Shown piece after piece: positions 9,710 through 19,386 of a DNA stretch of 64,000 nt; position 1 is the first letter of the stretch, and the number at the start of each line of letters is the position of its first letter. The notes under the pieces were generated by a model, which saw only the letters and a list, made by a program, of their open reading frames with translations, searched no databases and was not told the origin of the DNA. The position numbers and the translations under genes were made by a program. Origin of the DNA: Candidatus Eiseniibacteriota bacterium (GTDB lineage Bacteria > Eisenbacteria > RBG-16-71-46 > CAVPCR01). The DNA is taken from the NCBI GenBank assembly GCA_963823555.1, contig CAWGMA010000001.1, positions 256,001-320,000 on the forward strand, given 5' to 3'.

Positions 9710-10324
9710 GCGGGTTTAGGACTAGGGCCAAGCGCCGATCATGCTGCGGGCTACCTTTGTCGTCTCCTACTGGTAAGCCCCAACGTCCCGTCGACTTGCC
9801 TTCTAGTCTCTTACGTGCTCCCGCAGCGTCGCCTAAAGGGAGGTCCCCAACCAAGCCTCAAGGAAGAGCGTGCATCTGGCCTGCAAGCTCGCCGGTCGGT
9901 GCCTTCTCGGTACTTGAGAAATGAACCCCGATGGAGCCGGTTTGCTCCCGGATTTGTCGGGGCCTTGTGCGGAGGTCATCCTGCGAAGCTCGCGGTTGCA
10001 CGGCCGACGGTTGTGTGGCCCGCACCGAGGTTCTCGGGAATCGCAGTGGGTAGACCGGGCGTTCGGTTCGAGACTCGCGTGAGCGATGCTGGGACCGGGC
10101 CCCTCGTGGAGGAGAAAGCTCGACGAGAGCGCTTTCGTGACCGGCGCATAGGAAGCTCTGACGCCAAACTGAGCATTCGGCAGGTCGCGTGAGCGGCCCC
10201 GCCCGGCTCCGGGACCTCTTCCCTGGAGGGAGGCTGGGCCACCAGCTTCGTTCCTGCTTCGGCAACCAGCGTGGAATCCACAGCGTGGAAGCCGAGGTAG
10301 CTCATCGACGATGGAGGACCAACG
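9710..10324 (+). ncRNA. candidate long structured 5' leader or ncRNA (~610 nt)
   Basis: no credible ORF; several nested helices and a cUUCGg tetraloop between the promoter and the SD (GGAGG) of the 1165-aa gene. Confidence 0.4.
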
Positions 10325-13300
10325 ATGAGGAAAGTATTCGTGCTGACGGCGGCCATGCTTGCCGTCTGCGTCGCCTCCTCATTCGCCATGAAGGAAGTAC
10401 CGGCCAGTCGTTCCGACATCAACGACGTCGGGTCTTTCCTCGAGCCCCAGATGCAGGGCCCGTTGTCTGCATTTGCCGACACCGTCTACTTCGGCGGCGG
10501 CGGCACCGGGAATGGCAGTGTGGTGCGCGGCGGTACCTGGAACTGGGAGGCGAGCTCCGGTGAGCCGCCCCAGTTCTTCGTGGACGGGGATCCGGTCGGT
10601 AACCAGTACCGGGACGGCTGGACGTTCGATGATCGCACCGCCCGCAACGGCCCCTCGGCCACGGGCGCCGGTCACTGGGACGTCAACGGTACGTACAACT
10701 TCAACAACGACGGCGGCTCCTTCGCGCACCGCGCGACGACGCACGCCAACAACGGCCGGGATAACGGCCCCGATCCGCTCCAGGGCGCCTGGTCCCTGTG
10801 GATCGGGACCAACCTCCACCTGAACCCCGAGAACTGCGGCTGGGGTCAGATCGCCGGCTACGGTGACGGCTGGTCGCAGGGCTTCCAGAAGTCCTACGCG
10901 ATCGCGGCCGGGAACCTGGGTGCCAGCTACGACCTCAGGTTCTTCCACCGCTATGCGTGCGAGGCCGGGTTCGACACCAACTGGGTGGAGATCTCGCTCG
11001 ACGGTCAGTTCTGGGATCAGGTGGGTACCACCGACCTGCCGAACGGCATCTTCAACGACGGCGACTTCGCGAATCCGAAGCCGTCGGCGGCCGGTGGCAC
11101 CGAGGTGGTGAACCTCATCACGTGGCCGACGAACAACGCGGGCAACCTCTACGTTCGTTTCCGTCTCGCTTCAGACGCCTTCTTCTCGGACAACAACGAG
11201 GGAGGGAACTTCTTCTGGACGTGGCAGATCGACAACGTGGAGCTGTTGCGGAACGGTGTGTCGCAGGGTCAGGACACCTTCGAGGCGGGGCTGAACGGCT
11301 GGCAGCCGAAGTCCTTCGAAGGCTATGACTTCGCGACGACGACCACGCTTCAGCCGGCCGGCCGTATCGAGTCCATCTCGAATCTGGCCTGCCCGCCGAT
11401 CGTGGACTGCCCCGAGTCCTGCGGGCTGGAGAATCGTCTCCTCCTGTTCGCGGACAAGGACGATTGCGACATGAACGACTCGTTCCAGGATACGTACGCG
11501 ACGTCGCGTGCGTTCGCAATCGGCGGTCCGACTCAGCCCGATCTCGACGGGGCCGAGGGTCGTCTGTTCACCGCTGACCTGTACCTCGATGGCGGCGCCG
11601 GCTTCTTCGAGACCGGTCCGACCATCTGCTGGGTGTACTGGCCGTTCAATGCGAACAACTGCCCCTACACCCCGCCCGCAGGCGCGCCCGGCGCCGGGAT
11701 CACGTTCAACTGGTCCCAGACCGGATTCAACACCTGCGACTTCTTCTCCATGGGCACCGGCACCGACTGCGTCCTCGGTTTCCTCGATGACGTATCGGCC
11801 AACCTGCCGGCCGACGCCGACTCGGTGATCCTGCACATCGGCGCGTTCTCGCAGTGCCGCTCCGACGCCGCCTGCGACATCGCCGACAACGGCGCGCCCT
11901 TCTACGACAACATGCGCTTCGGCGTGTTCGATCCGGCGGGTATCTCCATCACCTCGAACACGATCGACCGCTTCACGGACAACTTCCCGACCCAGAACGG
12001 GTCGGTGGTGACCACTCCGGTGCGCACCGACGGCGCTCACAGCTTCTCCCAGAACCTGGGGATCGAGAACCCCCTGCGCTGGGTGCGGGCTGATACCGCC
12101 GCTGCGCTCACGGGTGCCTCGAACACCGCGATGTATCTGCGCTGGGCGGTGGAGCGTGGTCCGTGCCAGCCGAACCTGAACCATCCGTTCTTCGTGGCCT
12201 TCCCGCCGTCGGCTCCGGGCACGTTCCCGGCCGGCCTCATCTGGCACCAGGCGCGGATGGACTCGGCACAGGCTCAGGGCACCGGTGAGCTCATCGCCGG
12301 CGGCTACATGACCTGCTTCCACGAGAGCGATCCGCGGAACGGCACGTTCTGGACGGGTGTCCCGCCGGCAGTCGAGCCGTGCGACGACATCCTCCCCGAC
12401 GGGCTCTTCACCGCAGGGACGACGGTCTACTACTTCCTCGAGGCGCGGCTCGCCACGACCGGCGCAGTGACCGGTACCTTCCCCGCCGCGCGGGGCAAGG
12501 CACCGCTCAAGACCACCGCGACCTACAAGGACTTCTGGCTCCAGATCAACAACCTGCCGACGCTGACCGCGGCGTGCGATGGCACCTATGCCAACAACAT
12601 GCTCCTGATCAGCGACTATCAGACGAACGCGGTCCCCGGCCGTGGCACCATCGAGCGCGATCGCATGGTGGCGACGCTCTCGAGCCTCGGCCTCGACTTC
12701 GACGTCTATGACGTGGTCGGCACCAACTACACCGGAAGCTACGACGGCATTGGTCGGCGTGAAGACCGTCCGACGCAGCAGCCGCGTCCGCCGTACAACG
12801 GCGCGACGGACCTGATGCTGAACAACTACGACTGCATCTGGTATACCGGCGGTCTGCTCGATTCGGGCGTCATGCTCTCTGACCGGCGCACGCTGTCGCT
12901 CTTCGGCGGCCAGTCGTCCATCGACCAGCAGAAGCTCGAGACCTGGGTCACCGGCTGCACGGCCGGCAACAACCGGCTCCTCGTCCTCGACGGGATCGGC
13001 TGGGCCTCGTTCATCGACGTCAATACCACCAACGGTCCGCAGTTCCTGTCGAACCGTGGCGTGGACGTGCTTGCCGATGACTACGCCCAGGATCTGGCGA
13101 ACAACGACCTCCGTCGTTGCGCCCGCATCGTGGGCCAGGGTCCGGGTGCCGGCTTCACCGGAGAGATCTTCGGTTCGGGCTGCCCGGATAACTTGAACAT
13201 CGACGTTTTCGCGGCGATCTCGAACGGGGAGGCGGTAGCCAACTTCGTCGAATCCCTCGAGGACGGAGACGACCCGGTCAACTGCGCCGACGATCAGAAC

Positions 13301-13822
13301 CGTCCGGCGTGGTTGTCCGTGGTCCGGCGTCGCAACCCGGCGCGTACCTGCGAGCACTCGGTGGCCATGAGCTTCGCCTTCTCCGAGATGAACCCGCTGA
13401 ACTGCGCCGATCAGTGCCTGTTCAACGAGTACAAGATCAACGGGGCGAACGCTGAGCTGGTCATCGACCTGTTCCAGTGGGCTGGCTGCCCGATCAACGC
13501 CAACCCGATTGGTGTGGATCCGGTCGAGGCCCCACGCTTCGTGAACGAGCTCTACCAGGCTCAGCCGAACCCGGCGAACCCGGCGGCGACGATCCGCTAC
13601 ACGATCGCCCAGAAGGGCGATGTGTCGCTCAAGATCTTCGACGTCAGCGGTCGTCTGGTGCGGACGCTCGTCAATCAGGTTCAGGAGCCGGCAGCGACCC
13701 CGTTCGAGGTCGTCTGGGACGGCACGAACGATGGTGGTCAGCACGTCGGTTCGGGCGTGTTCTTCTACCAGATCGATGCGCCTGGGTTCTCGTCCTCGAA
13801 GAAGCTCGTGATCCTCAAGTAG
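10325..13822 (+). CDS. large Cys-rich secreted protein with C-terminal FlgD-Ig/T9SS-type sorting domain (candidate major surface/S-layer protein)
   Basis: signal peptide; VEISLDG and VRFRLASD..W.IDNV jelly-roll motifs; C-term PNPANP..IRY..LKIFDVSGRLVRTL..WDG..SGVFFYQI..KKLVILK; strongly biased codon use. Confidence 0.85.
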   Translation: MRKVFVLTAAMLAVCVASSFAMKEVPASRSDINDVGSFLEPQMQGPLSAFADTVYFGGGGTGNGSVVRGGTWNWEASSGEPPQFFVDGDPVGNQYRDGWTFDDRTARNGPSATGAGHWDVNGTYNFNNDGGSFAHRATTHANNGRDNGPDPLQGAWSLWIGTNLHLNPENCGWGQIAGYGDGWSQGFQKSYAIAAGNLGASYDLRFFHRYACEAGFDTNWVEISLDGQFWDQVGTTDLPNGIFNDGDFANPKPSAAGGTEVVNLITWPTNNAGNLYVRFRLASDAFFSDNNEGGNFFWTWQIDNVELLRNGVSQGQDTFEAGLNGWQPKSFEGYDFATTTTLQPAGRIESISNLACPPIVDCPESCGLENRLLLFADKDDCDMNDSFQDTYATSRAFAIGGPTQPDLDGAEGRLFTADLYLDGGAGFFETGPTICWVYWPFNANNCPYTPPAGAPGAGITFNWSQTGFNTCDFFSMGTGTDCVLGFLDDVSANLPADADSVILHIGAFSQCRSDAACDIADNGAPFYDNMRFGVFDPAGISITSNTIDRFTDNFPTQNGSVVTTPVRTDGAHSFSQNLGIENPLRWVRADTAAALTGASNTAMYLRWAVERGPCQPNLNHPFFVAFPPSAPGTFPAGLIWHQARMDSAQAQGTGELIAGGYMTCFHESDPRNGTFWTGVPPAVEPCDDILPDGLFTAGTTVYYFLEARLATTGAVTGTFPAARGKAPLKTTATYKDFWLQINNLPTLTAACDGTYANNMLLISDYQTNAVPGRGTIERDRMVATLSSLGLDFDVYDVVGTNYTGSYDGIGRREDRPTQQPRPPYNGATDLMLNNYDCIWYTGGLLDSGVMLSDRRTLSLFGGQSSIDQQKLETWVTGCTAGNNRLLVLDGIGWASFIDVNTTNGPQFLSNRGVDVLADDYAQDLANNDLRRCARIVGQGPGAGFTGEIFGSGCPDNLNIDVFAAISNGEAVANFVESLEDGDDPVNCADDQNRPAWLSVVRRRNPARTCEHSVAMSFAFSEMNPLNCADQCLFNEYKINGANAELVIDLFQWAGCPINANPIGVDPVEAPRFVNELYQAQPNPANPAATIRYTIAQKGDVSLKIFDVSGRLVRTLVNQVQEPAATPFEVVWDGTNDGGQHVGSGVFFYQIDAPGFSSSKKLVILK

Positions 13823-13862
13823 AATCACGGGCCGACTCGGGGTCGATACCGAGGTCGGAAAA

Positions 13863-13905
13863 GCGGGCCGGGAGTCCTTCGTGGACTCCCGGCCCGCAGC
13901 TTTTT
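13863..13905 (+). terminator. intrinsic terminator
   Basis: perfect 15-bp stem GCGGGCCGGGAGTCC/GGACTCCCGGCCCGC, loop TTCGT, then AGCTTTTT. Confidence 0.9.
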
Positions 13906-13923
13906 GGCTTCGTCTACAGCGAG

Positions 13924-14316
13924 ATGAGACAGGCGGTCAACTCGAGTCCGATCGGGATCGATCCAACCGCGGCCCCCCGCTTCGTGGACGAGCTCTACCA
14001 GGCCCAGCCCAACCCGGCGAATCCCGCGGCCATGATCCGCTACTCGATCTCTCAGCCGGGCGAGGTACGGCTCCGGATATTCGGCGTGGGCGGGCGTCTG
14101 GTGCGGACCCTGGTCGATGAGATCCAGGAGCCAGCGGCGACCCGGCTGGAGGCCCCGAGAGGCCTCCGGCCCGTCCTCTGCCCGGGAAAGCACCCGAGTT
14201 CCTTCCGTATCCTGGTAACAAGGTTGTCAACCGGCGGTTCGGCTTGCCTCGGCGGCCGGCGGGGAGCTAAACAAAAGGATGGAAGATCGCCGACGGTCGT
14301 TGACAGCCGGTGGTGA
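13924..14316 (+). pseudogene. truncated duplicate of the upstream gene's FlgD-Ig CTD
   Basis: VNSSPIGIDP..APRFVDELYQAQPNPANPAA.IRY..GRLVRTLVDEIQEPAAT matches 13492-13710; similarity stops near 14150, before the WDG motif; no signal peptide. Confidence 0.7.
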
Positions 14317-14328
14317 GCTTGATACCGT
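14300..14328 (+). promoter_or_regulatory. putative sigma70 promoter of the lipoprotein operon
   Basis: TTGACA-17 nt-TACCGT with extended TG. Confidence 0.45.
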
Positions 14329-14493
14329 TCCGCGGCCGTTTATGCGGCATTTCTGCTGGAAGCTGTCTCTCCCACAGGAGCCGCCGCCGGGTCTTCGGAT
14401 CCGAAAGCGCGGCCCAAGCCGCCCAGGCCGGGGATGTGGATTGCGAGGTCGAGGTCGAGGTCGCTGAAAGGCAGCCCGCGCCGGACTCCGCGA

Positions 14494-15981
14494 ATGAAGG
14501 GATTCGAGCCCGTGACCAGCTTCACCAGGCGCAGGACGACTTGCGCACTATCGCTATGGGTGCTGTTCTCGCTCCTTCTCCTTGGCCTGCACATCGCGTG
14601 CACGCCGGAACCCGAGCAGACTCGCGTCATACCCAACCAGGCGCCCGATACCTATATCTCCGGCGCGCCGCTCGATAGCTCGAACGCATTTCATCGCTAC
14701 CATGTCTACTGGTCGGGCTTCGATCCTGATGGCGAGGTCGTGGAGTACGGCATTGCCGTGACTGATTCCAATATCGTGCCTCTGCTCCCCGACTACCGCC
14801 GGACGACGCGCACGGATTCGATCATCGAGTTCGTGGCCAATAATGAGGTCGTGCTCTCCCACGCTGTCTGGGTCTTCGCCGTTGACAACGAGGGCGAACG
14901 CGATCCGACGCCGGACCGCAAGTACTTCAACGCGGTCGATGTCAGTCGTCCGGTGCCGTTCATCACGGGAGCCGAGAAGACCGTGAACGGAGAGACCGGG
15001 GCGCTCGCGCTCAATGATACGTTGCCCACTGCGGGGTCGAGCGTCCGCATCCGCTGGTCTGCTACCGACGACGACCTCGGCGGCTCGATCACCGCCTATC
15101 GCATCAAGCTCAGCACCGAGAACGCTTTCACCGAGATTCCGGCGGACTCGACCAGCGCCTCTTACTCCGGGCTGCCGAGCGGAGCCTACGAATTCCTGGT
15201 CGAGGCGGTCGACAACGCAGGTGCCGAGTCGCTCGACCCGGCGCGGTGGTCTTGGATCGTGAACAGCGAGCCGGACACCCGTTTTACGAGCATGGTCGTC
15301 AACGGCGAGCAGTTTGATGTCAACGCGGGCCAGGGCCCATGGGAGCCCTGCGAGTGGCCCGAAGCGGTGCCGACCATTCGCGACTCGAGCCGGGTGCTGT
15401 TCTTCTTCGAGGGCAACGATCGCGATGGGGAAGTGGTGGGATTCTCCTACCGAATCGTGCGCACCGACATCACGCGCTGCTCCTCGCGCTTCGGGCCGTA
15501 CTCCGTGTTCCAGCCCGAGGATTTCATCAGCTTGCCGGTCGCGCCGCCGAGCAATCCTGATACCGCCGCGGCCTTCTTCACGTCGAACGACTATGAAGTG
15601 TTCGTACGCAGTCTGGACGCGGAGGGCAAAGCGGATGGTTCGCCACCGAGCATCAAGTTCCGCGTCAACTTCACTCCCCGCTTGAGGGCATCAGCCCTGT
15701 TCCCCGGACAGGGAGCAGTCGTCGATTCCTCGCAGGCGGTGAATGACAGTCTCGTGGTCCGTTTCTCGGCCGATGACGTGGAAAGCCCGCCGGCCGCCAT
15801 GTCCTATCGGGTTGTCCTCGACGGTCGCTATGGGCTCGTTGTCGGTCCGGTCAATACCGAGGACGAGCTGTTCTATCAGTTCCCGTTCCCGGAGGCAGGG
15901 CCGCACACGCTCGTCTACACCGTTGCCGACCCGGGACTCAGAACCGATGAGGTGACCGTGGAGTTCACGGTCGCGGAGTAG
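14494..15981 (+). CDS. putative lipoprotein with about four FnIII/Ig-like repeats
   Basis: hydrophobic stretch ending IAC; repeated W.G.D.DG.V..Y and F.V.AVD..G motifs; start uncertain (14434 or 14494). Confidence 0.7.
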   Translation: MKGFEPVTSFTRRRTTCALSLWVLFSLLLLGLHIACTPEPEQTRVIPNQAPDTYISGAPLDSSNAFHRYHVYWSGFDPDGEVVEYGIAVTDSNIVPLLPDYRRTTRTDSIIEFVANNEVVLSHAVWVFAVDNEGERDPTPDRKYFNAVDVSRPVPFITGAEKTVNGETGALALNDTLPTAGSSVRIRWSATDDDLGGSITAYRIKLSTENAFTEIPADSTSASYSGLPSGAYEFLVEAVDNAGAESLDPARWSWIVNSEPDTRFTSMVVNGEQFDVNAGQGPWEPCEWPEAVPTIRDSSRVLFFFEGNDRDGEVVGFSYRIVRTDITRCSSRFGPYSVFQPEDFISLPVAPPSNPDTAAAFFTSNDYEVFVRSLDAEGKADGSPPSIKFRVNFTPRLRASALFPGQGAVVDSSQAVNDSLVVRFSADDVESPPAAMSYRVVLDGRYGLVVGPVNTEDELFYQFPFPEAGPHTLVYTVADPGLRTDEVTVEFTVAE

Positions 15982-16014
15982 GTTCCAGGCATCCCCTAGA
16001 GGAAAGAGCTCCAG

Positions 16015-18219
16015 ATGCGCGCCCATCTCACTCTCCTCGGGCTCGCCGCGGCGGTCCTCGTCGCGTGGCTCATCGGCTCCTGCGCGGAGTCTCCGACGGA
16101 CGTTCCCATTCCCAATCGCCCGCCGTCCGTAGCGATCTCGGCGGGGCCGATCCGGGATTCGGTCAGCGTCTTCGTCGTGACCTTCAACTGGAACGCCTCG
16201 GATACCGACGGCCAGGTCGATCGCTTCATCTATGCCATCGACGACACCCTGAGCCCGGATGCCTGGCTGACAACGACCTCCTACGAACTCACGTTGCTCT
16301 TCACCGCAACGGACTCGGCGGGCGTGGATTCGATCTTCGTCGGGCTCTCCGACGTCCCCTTCCTGCGCTACCGGTACCGTGGTGCCCATACCTTCTTCCT
16401 GAAGGCCATCGACGATGATGGGGCCTACTCGGCGCCGGCGGCCCTGTCCTTCACCGCGGAGACCATCGCGCCCGAAACCCAGATCGATATCCCCTCGACC
16501 TCGGTCATCGTCGAGCTGGGACCGACCTTCACCGTGTCCTGGACTGGAACGGATCTGGATGGAACGGAAAATCCAGTCGCCTATTCATACCGTCTCGTCG
16601 CCGTCGACAATGTGGTCTTCCTGACACCGGAGGAGATCGAGTCGACCCTCTACGACCCCGATGCTCTGGGGGATCCCTGGAGCCCCTTCGAAGCCAGGAC
16701 CTCGGTGCGGCTCGAGAACCTTGCCATACCTCAGGATTACATCTTCGGCGTGCGGGCTCTCGATCAAGCGGGGGCGGTGGAGCCGCGGTTGCGAACGCCG
16801 CAGTCACCCGGAGCCACCAACACGCTGCGCATTCGCGCCCGCGAGTCGGGTGGTATTCCCGACCTTTCGGTCTCCAGCTCGGTCAAGACCACGACTTATC
16901 CCACTGCCGACGAGCGCAAGAAGACATTCCAGATCCCGGCCAACTCGAACGTCACGTTCACCTGGACCGCGGATGCCTCGCGCTACGGCGGCCGGATCAC
17001 CGGCTACTCCTACGGGATCGATCTCCTCGATCCGTTCGGGGACGACCCCGGATGGTCGCCGGAGAGTGCGACGCAGACGCGGCTCACGCTGCGCTTCGAT
17101 CTTCCCGAGGGATCGCGCACCGAGGAGCACATTCTCTACATTCGCGCCCGCGATGACGTCGGGACGACGATCATTGCCGACGTCTTCCTGATCGTGGTGC
17201 CGCTCACCAAGGAGCGCGACGTCCTCTACATCGACGACTTCGGGCCGGACCTCCGCGGGCGGGCGCCTGAGGACTGCGTGCCGCTGCCGCCGCCGGAGGA
17301 GATCAGCTCGAACGCCGACTTCCCGCACGACCAGTGTCATGACCAGTACCTCCGTGACGCGATCGAGCGTGCCGTCATTGCTCTCGGCCATCCCGAGTGG
17401 GTCGTCGATCGCTACGAGCCGCTCGATCCGCGCAGCGGGATCGTGACCAACCGGTCGGTCGTGGACATCGACTCCACGAGCTTCAGCTACTGGGTGCTCT
17501 CGGGGCCGGTCACGCTCGACCAGATGGCTCGCTACAAGCTCGTCGTCTGGAATACGAAGTCGGAGAGCACAACCCAGCTCTACAAGATGAACCTCGAGGG
17601 AGAGGACAACTTCCTGGCTGTTTACATCGAATCGGGCGGCCCGACGTTACTGATGGGAACCGGAGCGTTCTCCCGTACCCGTTATGGCGGGGGTGGGGTC
17701 GGACTCTCGCAGTTCGGCTTCGAGGGGCGGGACTTCCCCTACAAGTTCCTGAAGATGGAGTCGGTGTACGAGGGAGCGGATTGCCGCAACGGCTGCTTCC
17801 GCGTCTCCGGACGCACCACCGCGCTCAAGCGTGTCCATGGTCTCGACGGGGCCTACGCCCACTTCCGGGCTGCACAAGAGGGATATCCGGATCTCGAGGT
17901 CTTCCGCGAGCCGTACACCAACCCGATCGCGGGGATCCCGGATTGCGAGGCCATGGTCGAACCCTATGGTCTCGACATCAATCCGCGGCTTCGCCTCTTC
18001 GGCGGACAGTTGGACACGCTCTACTTCTACCTGTCGAATGCGGCGCTGCAGCTGCCGCCGCCCAATGCCTCGTACATGGATGACGGCGCGGCTGCCTTGC
18101 GCTACGCGGGCCCGGGTCAAGGCCGGCTCATGATGTTTGGATTCCCGGTCTACTTCTTCCCGCCGGACGAGGTGGATGGCCTCATGGAGGCGTCGATCCG
18201 GTGGCTCCTCGAAGAATAG
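16015..18219 (+). CDS. lipoprotein (paralogue A): three Ig/FnIII repeats plus C-terminal GATase1-like alpha/beta domain
   Basis: lipobox LIGSC; FNWNASDTDG, SWTGTDLDG, TWTADAS repeats; VLYIDDF..YKLVVW..YIESGG..GRLMMFGFP. Confidence 0.75.
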   Translation: MRAHLTLLGLAAAVLVAWLIGSCAESPTDVPIPNRPPSVAISAGPIRDSVSVFVVTFNWNASDTDGQVDRFIYAIDDTLSPDAWLTTTSYELTLLFTATDSAGVDSIFVGLSDVPFLRYRYRGAHTFFLKAIDDDGAYSAPAALSFTAETIAPETQIDIPSTSVIVELGPTFTVSWTGTDLDGTENPVAYSYRLVAVDNVVFLTPEEIESTLYDPDALGDPWSPFEARTSVRLENLAIPQDYIFGVRALDQAGAVEPRLRTPQSPGATNTLRIRARESGGIPDLSVSSSVKTTTYPTADERKKTFQIPANSNVTFTWTADASRYGGRITGYSYGIDLLDPFGDDPGWSPESATQTRLTLRFDLPEGSRTEEHILYIRARDDVGTTIIADVFLIVVPLTKERDVLYIDDFGPDLRGRAPEDCVPLPPPEEISSNADFPHDQCHDQYLRDAIERAVIALGHPEWVVDRYEPLDPRSGIVTNRSVVDIDSTSFSYWVLSGPVTLDQMARYKLVVWNTKSESTTQLYKMNLEGEDNFLAVYIESGGPTLLMGTGAFSRTRYGGGGVGLSQFGFEGRDFPYKFLKMESVYEGADCRNGCFRVSGRTTALKRVHGLDGAYAHFRAAQEGYPDLEVFREPYTNPIAGIPDCEAMVEPYGLDINPRLRLFGGQLDTLYFYLSNAALQLPPPNASYMDDGAAALRYAGPGQGRLMMFGFPVYFFPPDEVDGLMEASIRWLLEE

Positions 18220-18237
18220 GTGAGGTGAAGGGGGACG

Positions 18238-19344
18238 ATGAACGTGAAGACAGGCTGGAGGTGCAGGGAGCGGGCCGGCGGTGCGTGGTTGCTGCTGGTC
18301 GTGCTCGCAGTCCTAGCCGCGGGCCAGGCGGTGGTCGAACGGGCCGAAGCCCAGAGCCTACCGGACAGCCTTGGTCTTGAAGCCAGGCGACAGGACCGCC
18401 GGATCGACATCCAGTGGAGCCAGGTCGCCGAGCTCTCCGACTCGCTCTTCGGCGGCTACAACGTGTGGCGATCGATCTCGCCCGATCCGAATGCGTTCAT
18501 GCTGGTTCGCCGCTTCCAGCGCCGGTACCCGGTGACTTGGACCTACGGAGCGGTCTCGAACTCGCCGTGCACCCCGTTCACGAGCTCCGACGGGTCATGC
18601 CGGAAGTTCGTGGATCCCGACTCCATCGTGGCCCTCGAGAAGATCCAGATTACCGCGCAGGGCGACTCGGCGATCGCCCGCAGCTATGTGGGCGTCAGCC
18701 CCTTCAACGGCTTCCCCTACCATTACGCGGTGACATGGTTCTCCGAGTGCCTGACCGCGCGCAACGATACGCTGTGGGTTGAGCAACCCCAGCCCGAGAT
18801 CTTCACCTTCATGCGCGGCGGGGAGGAACACTTCGGATTCACCACCGAAGGTGGCGACACCCTCGAGGTGCAGCGGATACCATGCCGGCGGATCAACCCC
18901 GTCACGAACATACCCACCGGCGACACAACCTTCGTCTATCAGGGAACGGTCGAGTCCGAGATTGCGCTGCGCAACTTCGCTGTTGAATCAACGCAGCTGG
19001 AGTCCCCCATCTATCCGTCCACTCTCGCGCGGAACGATCTTTCCGCGGTGACCGTGATCCCCAATCCCTATATCGCGAGCGCGCCGTGGGACGAGCCGGG
19101 CCAGCGCAAGATCCAGTTCGTCAATCTCACTCGAGAGGCGAGGGTGCGCATCTTCACCGTCGGTGCGGACCTTGTGCGCGAACTCGACCATCCGGTGTCC
19201 GGATCCGCGCCGGATCAGGGATCGATCGACTGGGATCTGAAGAACGCGGATGGGCGACTGGTTGAACCCGGGATCTACATCTGGCAGGTCGAGCAACCCG
19301 GCGCCGTCGCCGATGTCGTCGGACGCCTCGTCATCGTGCGCTGA
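18238..19344 (+). CDS. secreted FnIII-like protein with T9SS/FlgD-type CTD
   Basis: signal peptide ending AEA; GYNVWRS, NGFPYHYAVT; VTVIPNPY..IQFVNL..IFTVGADLVREL..WDLKNADG..PGIY..LVIVR. Confidence 0.75.
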   Translation: MNVKTGWRCRERAGGAWLLLVVLAVLAAGQAVVERAEAQSLPDSLGLEARRQDRRIDIQWSQVAELSDSLFGGYNVWRSISPDPNAFMLVRRFQRRYPVTWTYGAVSNSPCTPFTSSDGSCRKFVDPDSIVALEKIQITAQGDSAIARSYVGVSPFNGFPYHYAVTWFSECLTARNDTLWVEQPQPEIFTFMRGGEEHFGFTTEGGDTLEVQRIPCRRINPVTNIPTGDTTFVYQGTVESEIALRNFAVESTQLESPIYPSTLARNDLSAVTVIPNPYIASAPWDEPGQRKIQFVNLTREARVRIFTVGADLVRELDHPVSGSAPDQGSIDWDLKNADGRLVEPGIYIWQVEQPGAVADVVGRLVIVR

Positions 19345-19386
19345 GCGCAAGCCCCGCCTTCCACCGGAGGGCGCCGGGGTCGGCTC

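Noticed and set aside
9674..10192. 172-aa ORF (and overlapping short ORFs) in the long intergenic region
   Set aside because: Starts at the TTG of the -35 box, has no SD, atypical composition and no recognisable motif
9710..10324. RNase P RNA, tmRNA or a known riboswitch
   Set aside because: No GAGGAAAGUCC P4 signature, no tRNA-like ends and no aptamer consensus that I recognise; 6S RNA cannot be excluded by eye
11171..13828. Long antisense ORFs (885 aa here; also 28142..31150, 40210..42276, 2182..3804, 23860..25575)
   Set aside because: Shadow frames of real high-GC genes on the opposite strand, with no domain motifs
13492..14150. Diversity-generating retroelement VR/TR pair (gene 3' end plus nearby repeat)
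   Set aside because: Mismatches involve all four bases and many are synonymous rather than adenine-specific; no reverse transcriptase in the window
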